Source: Octopus sinensis
Taxonomy: Eukaryota
DNA length: 64,000 nt
Assembly (NCBI RefSeq): GCF_006345805.1
Contig: NC_042997.1
Location: 148,862,001-148,926,000 of the forward strand
Direction: 5' to 3'
Shown here: one piece after another, positions 56,168 through 64,000 of the stretch
Layout: each line of letters starts with the position of its first letter
How positions within the stretch are numbered: position 1 is the stretch's first letter
Translations under genes and position numbers: made by a program
Notes under the pieces: generated by a model
The model's database searches: none
What the model was told of the DNA's origin: nothing
The model's input: the letters and a program-made list of their open reading frames with translations, nothing else

Positions 56168-56332
56168 TCATCATCATTATCATCGTTTAACGTGCGCTTT
56201 CCATGCTAGCATGGGTTGGACGATTTTGACTGAGGGCTCGCGAACCAGATGGCTGCACCAGGCTGCAATCATGATCTGGCAGAATTTCTACAGCTGGATG
56301 CTCTTCCTAACGCCAATCACTCCGAGAGTGTA
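56168..56332 (-). mobile_element. 3' half of an RTE-related SINE with (GAT)n tail
   Basis: Reverse complement GATTGGCGTTAGGAAGAGCATCCAGCTGTAGAAA...CATGGAAAGCGCACGTTAAACGATGATAATGATG. Confidence 0.7.
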
Positions 56333-56389
56333 TATATATATATATATACTCCGAGGTATATATATATATATATATATATATACTCCGAG

Positions 56390-56659
56390 GTCCCCAGACC
56401 ATGGTATTGCACATAGAAAGTTACCCTCTCAGGCACAAGTCCAGGAAAGGTTGTTTATGGAAGACCAGTAGTCGCCCATGCATAGCCCCCCCTCTTCACG
56501 CCACCAGTGACGTAGCAACTCATTTCCAAAGCTGAGTGAACTAGCGCAACGTGAAATAAAGTGTCTTGCTCAAGAACACAACACGCAGCTCTGTCCGAGA
56601 TTCTAGCACAACCTCACGATCGTAAGCTCGACGCTCTAACAACTGAGCCATACGCCTTC

Positions 56660-56662
<3 letters not shown>
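56390..56662 (-). mobile_element. tRNA-derived CORE-like SINE (family D)
   Basis: Reverse-complement head GGCGTATGGCTCAGTTGTTAGAGCG...TGTGTTCTTGAGCAAGACACTTTAT. Confidence 0.8.
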
Positions 56663-56734
<72 letters not shown>

Positions 56735-56761
56735 TTGTGTGTGTGTGTGTATGTATACAGC

Positions 56762-57030
56762 AAAGGCCTCTTCGAGGCACCAATCCGGGCAAGGTTGTTT
56801 TATAGGAGACCAGCAGTTTCCCATGCATACCAGCCCCACGTCTCCGCGCTGGCGATGCTATCAAACGGAAAGACAAAGGCCAATACTGCTTGGTACCATT
56901 AACGTTGCAATTCATTTATACAGCAACGTGACATAAAATGTCTTGCTCAAGGGCACAATACACAACCCAGTCCGGAAATTGAACTCGATAACTCATGATT
57001 GTGATCCCGAGGTGTCAACCGCTGAGCAGA
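56762..57030 (-). mobile_element. Family D SINE, second copy
   Basis: Shares TGTCTTGCTCAAG, CCCATGCATA and AAGGTTGTTT with 56390-56662. Confidence 0.75.
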
Positions 57031-57839
57031 TACGGTATCCTAAATAACACCCATTTCGACTTTTGTGAATCGATGTATCAATAGACATCGGGATTAAATA
57101 GGGTATTAAGTTTATCTGTGTAATACTTATGTGAACTGCCAGGGCGTAGCATTATTTCTGCATATCGAGCGTTTCTTTTCAATTGATATTTTCAAATTTT
57201 ACCCGTAGTGAGGAAATTAGCATATATAACACTTCACGAAGGTCAGTAATAGATATAAATATGAAACGAAGCATTTATAGGACAGTGGTGCCCTCTCCAC
57301 CTCGATCCTCTCTCTATCTCTGCCTATTTTCTCACTCAACCTGACAATGAAGCAATGATAGCATCCGTTAACACCAGCTTTAGAATGAAAGCTGTCTATA
57401 TGTATGCTCTAAAAATAATTTCTACCTGCCAGAGCCAAGGATCCATACATAGAAATGAAATATACATTCACAGCATCTGCACAGAAACAGTTGTTAGCGA
57501 CAGCACGATGGTAATGAGAAACTGTTACACAACCTCAATCAGAAAGTAATACCTTGATAATTCAAAGAAGATGTTTTGCGACTCTGATAACAACATTAAA
57601 GCTACTGGAAATTCATGACAAGTACTGGCGCGTGGAACTGATTCAGAATACATCTAGCATACATATAAATTTTAAAAAAAATTCTACTCCCTCGATCACG
57701 CAAATTCCCCATGAACAATATAAATGTCACGTTACAGATCTATATATTACAACCACTAATTTGTAATAACATAACCGGTCTTACATAGGCAACGCTTTTC
57801 GCAAACTGAACAACTGCATTAAAATGAACATTCACACAT

Positions 57840-58268
57840 ATGATTCGTTAGAATTGCTTCCACGGACCCATACGGAGGTGACGCTCGTGGCAGGTCTACG
57901 AGATTGTTCATCGTCTTCCAGGGAGGTTCTTCCGCTTTTCAGGCGTCCATGCCTCGCAGAATATTGCGTACAATCCATCCCCTTATCACCGTAAGATTGT
58001 CGTAACATGCTCAATGTCACTTTAGCGAACTTCCCAAGTTTAACGCAAAATTTCACATTGGCTCTTTCTTCCTGTCCATGACAAAATCGTAGACTACAGC
58101 ATACACAAAGATCAAGCAGAAATTTCATGACTTGCGAAGTAAACACAGCGATGTCACTTGTCACACTACCTCTTGAAGTTCATTGCTTTCTTTCACTGAG
58201 CACGTAACCGTATGCTGCTATCTGAGTGTTACAGAATTACACCAGGAACTTTCTGATACCACCTCGTA
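57840..58268 (-). mobile_element. mariner-like transposon 5' fragment
   Basis: TIR TACGAGGTGGTATCAGAAAGTTCC (reverse complement of ~58245-58268); N-terminus ERANVKFCVKLGK...LRQSYGD...KSGRTSLEDDEQSRRP. Confidence 0.85.
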
Positions 58269-58269
58269 T

Positions 58270-58900
58270 GTTAGTTAGTTAGTTAGTTAATTTGGCTCAA
58301 AAGCAAATAGCAAGGCCATGTAGGGGGACATGGAGTTAAGTACAGGGTGGTGTTCATGTAAAGAGTTCAGGCCACTTGAGGTCAAGGGAGGCTTTGAACA
58401 AAGCGGTCGTCGGCATCTTCACCATCTCGTCTGGCAGCTTGTTCCACGGATCCGCAACCCGGACGGAGAAAGCTCCTCTCCTTCGATTGAGATGAAATCG
58501 TCGCAGGTAGAGCTTTTCGGAATGACCCCGCAGCCGACGCTCTGGAGCAGGAGTGAAGAGCAGCTCTTTCGAGAGGTTACACTTTCCGCTTATGATGTTG
58601 CGGGCGAGAATGAGATCACCACGGCGGCGGCGTTTTTCAAGAGAATAAAGGTCGAGCGTCCTCAGGCTTTCTTCGTAGGACAAATTTTTGAGACCATGAA
58701 CCATGCGGGTAGCCAGCTTCTGGACTCTTTCGAGATGCTGTATGTCTTTGAGGAGATAAGGAGAAGAGGCTTGAATCCCATACTCCAATATGGGTCTCAC
58801 CAGCGTGACATAGAGTGGTAGGAATATGGCTGCTGTGAGCATTCCGAATGACCGTCGAATCAAGAACAGAATTCCGCGTGCTTTGTTGGCAGCATGGACG
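58270..58900 (-). mobile_element. Young 5'-truncated CR1/L2-type LINE
   Basis: Uninterrupted 169-aa ORF IRRSF...LYVTLVRPILEYG...LERVQKLATRMV...LYSLEKRRRRGDLI...WNKLP; (TAAC)n tail at 58270-58290. Confidence 0.92.
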
Positions 58901-59292
58901 TATGTCAGGAATCATATTATGACACGAAGATGGTTGCTATTATGGAGGGGATATTGCAAAATTTGTGAATTAAGGAACATATCAAGTTGAAAATTCCGCA
59001 TCTATAAACAGTCACAAGCGCAAATAGATAGAGTACCTACTTAACAAAGTATTCCGACACCGGCTTAATACTTTTCCATGGAGCATAGGTTTTCAAATTT
59101 AATGTGTGATGGTGCAGCTATTGTACACGATGCTTTTGTTTTCTTCACAAAAGATCTTTAATTGTGAAATAATGAAATACAAGAGAGTACTATAAGCTCA
59201 ATGATCCTTGTTACGCTTTAGCTTAGCTTCTGTTTCACCTAAATTTACACACCTCCCCATTGTATTTATACACTATATAATAATATAGTGTG

Positions 59293-59336
<44 letters not shown>

Positions 59337-59399
59337 ATATATATATACATATATATTAACGTATTTACCTATGCACATAAAAATGCATTTATATATGTA

Positions 59400-59960
59400 T
59401 ATAGGCACTCACACATTGTGCCAGGTCGTGTCTAACTTCTAACACCACCTGGTAAAGACATTTAAAAATTGCCCATTCAAGTAGAAGGTTATTGTTTTCA
59501 ACGATATATCCGGCGGTAGATGTTTTATCTGGAATTCGTTGGAGATATTCGTCCAAACATCGTTTAAATGTTAGCAATCTTTTATTTTTCCTCACTTATG
59601 TGTCTTGGTATGCTGTTGAAGTGAAATAGTTCTGTTTAGTGTTAAGATTTAGTGGAACATGTCTTTTGGAGAGGACGGAGATTTTAAAGTGGGAGGCAAC
59701 ATCATTTGGGCAGTGTTGTGGGATATTTTCTAATTCACAGAAAGGATATATCACTCACAGCAACGTTAGACAGAATGAAGTTTAGGTTTTTCGATATGGT
59801 CCCAACAATCAAGAGCTGTCATGAGTCTATTTTCCTTGAGGTTGATCTCTGAGCTGCTTCAAATTTTGTAATATTCAGTCACCGGTATGAAGACTAGAGC
59901 GGACAACACTATTTAAGTTGAGACGTGTCTAGTTTTCGAAGAGAATGATAATAATAGGAG
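59400..59960 (-). mobile_element. CR1-like LINE 3' fragment, decayed
   Basis: CCPL*SS...NITKFEAAQRS and FKRCLDEYLQRIPDK...NNLLLEW. Confidence 0.75.
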
Positions 59961-60124
59961 TGATTCTACAACAATAAATCCCGGGGTACCAGGAGAACGC
60001 CTTCCGGATCGTGTAAGCATTGTTCTTTATGTGGGCCCTCCGGGTTAAGTTTTCGACGGGTACTCCGAGGTCCCCAGTGGAGATAAGGTTTTTTCCCCCA
60101 AAGGAAGAGTGTTTGGGAGCTGAT

Positions 60125-60478
60125 GTACAACATTTTTACGCACCTGTATTAATTCAAATTTATCCTTCACATTCCAGTGAAGTTGAACATCTTATCTGGC
60201 CATGATAGTGTCCAGATCTGAATATTACTGAACAGTTATGGTGCCTTTTAGAAAAAAACAGGTAAGGAGTCGATACCCTCCGCCATCATCACTACAATAA
60301 ATGGTGACAGTTTTAGGTGAAGAATGCGCGAAATTTCCTTTGGAAACAATTAAAACTTTGTACGAGTCCATACCTCGTAAAATTCAAGCTGTGATTATTG
60401 CCAAAGCGGTCCTACCTCGTATCAAAATGATTTGTTTGAAATTTTAAGGCTTGCACTATTTTTGTTCAACTCTTATAC
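60125..60478 (+). mobile_element. Tc1-like transposase 3' fragment
   Basis: HLIWP**CPDLNITEQLW, RSRYPPPSSL and PLETIKTLYESIPRKIQAVIIAK. Confidence 0.85.
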
Positions 60479-60578
60479 ATACATACATACATACATACAT
60501 ACATACATACATAATATATGCATGCATACATACATACATACATATATACATACATACACATATATATATATAAAAAAA

Positions 60579-60615
<37 letters not shown>

Positions 60616-60639
60616 ATATATATATCCCCCTCTCCATTC

Positions 60640-61250
60640 TTCACGGTTTCCTCGCAGCCACTCCCCTTCTCTCCCTTTCTCTTGCCCCTTCCCGTCGTTC
60701 ACCCGCGACGTGACTTCCGCCTTCTCGTCGTTCACCCGCGACGTCACTTCCGCTGCTGTGTCTCTCGCGTGGCTCTCTCAAGGTAATAGACGACATTCTT
60801 TTTGCTCCGCTCGTCGTCCATAAAAAATTCTGCGTTTGCAACACTTCTTTTCGTTCGGCGTCAACAGCCCATCTTATCTTGTTTTTCCTTGTCCTGTCTT
60901 TTACTGTTTACAAATTGTACTGTCGTTACTGTCCTGTTGTTACCATTTTTTACCCCTCTGCGAAAAGATCTCAGAATTTTAATTGATTTGCTTTTCGCAG
61001 GAAGGAAAGTTTTCTTGTCGAAGATACGTCTCACTTTTATCCTTCGAAACGTAGAGTAGATGAAACCTTTAGCGACTGAAGAAGGGGTTTATCTTTGTGT
61101 TAATTGTCCTGTACTCTATTTTTTTGCTGTTTTTAAATAAATGTCCAGTTCCTTGGTTTGTGTCTATGTTTTCGTTTCTCATTGTGTTCGACGTCCTTTT
61201 GGTGTCCTGGTGTCATATATGCGTGTATATGTACATGTAGAGGTTGGTAC
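60640..61250 (+). mobile_element. Pyrimidine-rich interspersed repeat, probably Penelope-related
   Basis: 28-bp tandem duplication (CGTCGTTCACCCGCGACGTsACTTCCGC), 10-bp hairpin at 60958-61000, GAAACGTA/CTGAAGA motifs, and a T-rich tail like 8760-8850. Confidence 0.45.
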
Positions 61251-61296
61251 GTACATATATGTCTACATATATGCATATGTTTTCTTTTATTTATTA

Positions 61297-61335
<39 letters not shown>

Positions 61336-61387
61336 AGTGTGCATGATTTATATGAAAAAAAATAAAAATCACGTCTCTCTATTTATC

Positions 61388-61450
<63 letters not shown>

Positions 61451-62155
61451 ATATATATATATATACCTATTGATACACACATATGCGTAAAGTTCCACGG
61501 GCACAGACACATACACACTCATCCATGTATTCAATTAATAGCAGTTCTTTCTCTTCCGATATTGTTTGTATGAATGTTTACTGAAAAATAATTGACATTT
61601 GTTTGAGAATTTTGCACTCAAATTTCATTAGGCGTATATTTTTTTCCTATCTTTGGTATTTTCATGATATAATACTTTCTACCGTCATTATCAATAGTAT
61701 TACACACTTCCCGAATTATAATATCCTTGATTTAAAGCATTAATTACTAATGAATCACGCATAATATTTTTAAAGACTTCAAAAATAACATTAAATATGA
61801 AAAATTTTACAGTAAGTGTTATTTTGTTTTAACTACGTTACTTAACATTTGGAAATGAAATTTGTAATTTCCAACTTATTTAAAAAATTCTTTTGATGTT
61901 GTAACTTATATCGAATACCGCTATATATATTTTTGTATCCTGACAATCCTGTTATCGCTATGTATTTTCATCTATCCTATACAAGCTATGCTGAAAATGT
62001 GTTTCAGAGTTGAATGTTGAAGCACCTCATATATACAAGGGGTGTACGAAAAGTTTTCAGCCTCAAAAACAAAAAAATAACATGGTACAAACTTCAAGGC
62101 TCAAAACGCCTCTCGTGTATATATATAAATATTTGTGTGTGTGTGTGTATGTGCG

Positions 62156-62225
<70 letters not shown>

Positions 62226-63399
62226 TCCTTAAAACCACCTGTCTAGCATAACTGACATGAATGTGGAAAGTAAATATTTTTCATCACATTTAAATCTCTA
62301 TATTTCAAAGAACTGACAAAATCAGGAATCCCAATATTTAGCATCTTATACAGAGTCTCTGAAAGGTTCAATAAAATCTAAAATATTCATTGTTTCACTA
62401 AAAGTTTGACATGAAACTCAGGGTTTTTCAAGTGAGAAAATGGTGTTTTTATTTTGCAATTTTGTATCTCAGATAAGATGATTTTCATAGTATCTTAAGT
62501 TATCTAGACAAATAAGAAGACATAATATTTCTCTGCGTCGGTCTAAGTATGTGACCCAGTGTCTCCAATATGCGATAAATTAAACATTATCAATTTCACC
62601 TTCATCTTGAGAAAGCGAATAACATGGGTTTAGAGTTTCTATGTGTCAGGTGTAAAAGCATGAGCCTAAAATTGTCATAATTTTTCACTCATAGCACAAA
62701 GAAAATAAAAGTTAAAAGGGAAGTGAATATGAATTGAAGTTTCTGCAAGTCACAGTAACGTTCTCTTGCACAAATATGTGTTGCCAGTTCTTTGCAATCA
62801 CAATGATGTTACTCTCTGCAATTTAGAAATTATCTTTTGAATTTCTGAACGAAATGATAGATTCAAATCACCGCATTGATTCTGTTGAAAGGGTTTGCAG
62901 TCTCATGAGAATTTCTCTTTAGAAATCTCACTTTTAGAAATACTTTTTTATTTTTAAACTTCCCTTCGCTGGGGTGAACTTAGCCTTTTCTTTCTTCTTG
63001 AATCGATGAAATTAATAGCTATTGAAGTACTTCAGTAAATGGGCGTGATTTGTGATTATTGCATTCGGATATTCGCTCACACTCAGCAATACATCACTGT
63101 TATCTGAGCTGTTGCAACCAAAACCTCAGAATACCAGAATTTCTTCTACTCTGTGCCTACTTAATTTCACCAACAATTTCCTTTGTTTCAGGCGAGTCTC
63201 CTTGTTAAAGTGCATTTTTTTTATTTGCCACTCTTACATTTCGAGTCACCTCAGACACTTCATATGCTGTTGTTATTATTGTTGTTGTTGATACTGCTGT
63301 TGAATAGTTTGTAAACAACAAATAAGATCTGCTACAGTAATCATGTAGATTTGCTAACAACGCTCTTGAGAATGCTCTTACATTCCGAACAGGAATAGT

Positions 63400-64000
63400 C
63401 AACGATAGAGAACGAACGCTACTCAGTATGGTATTACAAGGTCAGTTCCACCTCTAAAACTAATAACTTAAAAACCGGGAAGTACTATGGATGTGGCTCG
63501 GCAAGATCAATCTAAAAAAGATGACTGAAAGTCTAATTATCACTGACCAGGACCAGGAATTGAATACCAACTCTGGGAAAATGTATATATACCACACAAC
63601 TGCAACGAACCACTGCAGAATGTATGGCAAGAAGATTGAATGTAAGATTCACATTTTTAATGTTTGTGAAAGCCTTGCGCAGAAAGAATACAAGCGCATA
63701 CACGACTATGTATCTCCAAACTTTACTGACTTCTATGCCGGAAGTATGGATACGAGTAACGAGTGCTTGGTATCAACATAGCCCGGGGAAGTAATTGACA
63801 AAAAGGAGAAGTCTTTCATTTCCAGAGAGACAAAGAGTTAGAACACCGAAGACAGGTTGTCTATTAGCCTTTAGGAGGACCAACCAGAATGCCTAATAAG
63901 CAACGTGGCAATGTCAGGAGACCAACATATTATCACAAAACAAAGAGAAAAGGTCGACAAATATGGGGATTTCAAATCTGTGATCACCACGATATGGAAG
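63400..64000 (+). mobile_element. R4/Dong-like CCHC + RLE fragment, decayed, running off the window
   Basis: WLGKINLKKMTESLIITDQDQELNTN...CRM...HIFNVCESLAQKEYKRIHD and EKVDKYGDFK. Confidence 0.8.

Noticed and set aside
56225-56270. Twister-like TGCAGCC...GGTTCGCGAGCCC on the minus strand
   Set aside because: Lacks the UAA cleavage loop and pseudoknot partners.
58330-58821. Plus-strand 163-aa ORF
   Set aside because: Antisense shadow of the CR1/L2 RT fragment.

Overview
This is AT-rich, microsatellite-dense eukaryotic DNA, probably intergenic or intronic. The tRNA-derived SINE families and the (TA)n/(CA)n/(AAT)n/(GATA)n load suggest an octopus or other coleoid cephalopod; this is my inference, not a database result. 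I recognise no intact host gene, rRNA, true tRNA, CRISPR array or novel multi-gene system, and most ORF-track entries are microsatellite or antisense artefacts. The window is largely decayed transposable elements. They include a 13.3-20.1 kb cluster of R4/Dong-type RLE non-LTR retrotransposon pieces nested in (TAA)n (one near-intact 3' half), CR1/L2-type LINE 3' ends, Penelope-like (GIY-YIG) relics, Tc1/mariner/maT relics, non-autonomous Helitrons, MITE/foldback elements and many SINEs. The most notable structures are (1) several degenerate minimal hammerhead-ribozyme cores typical of Penelope-like elements, the clearest at 39803-39877; (2) a ~1.9 kb inverted repeat with a TSD-flanked SINE in one arm only; (3) a nested foldback element; (4) a dimeric SINE with an 18-bp TSD; (5) a same-strand MRE-like motif cluster near 1.9-2.3 kb; and (6) a few candidate host exons, the best at 54258-54346. 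TE boundaries are approximate.
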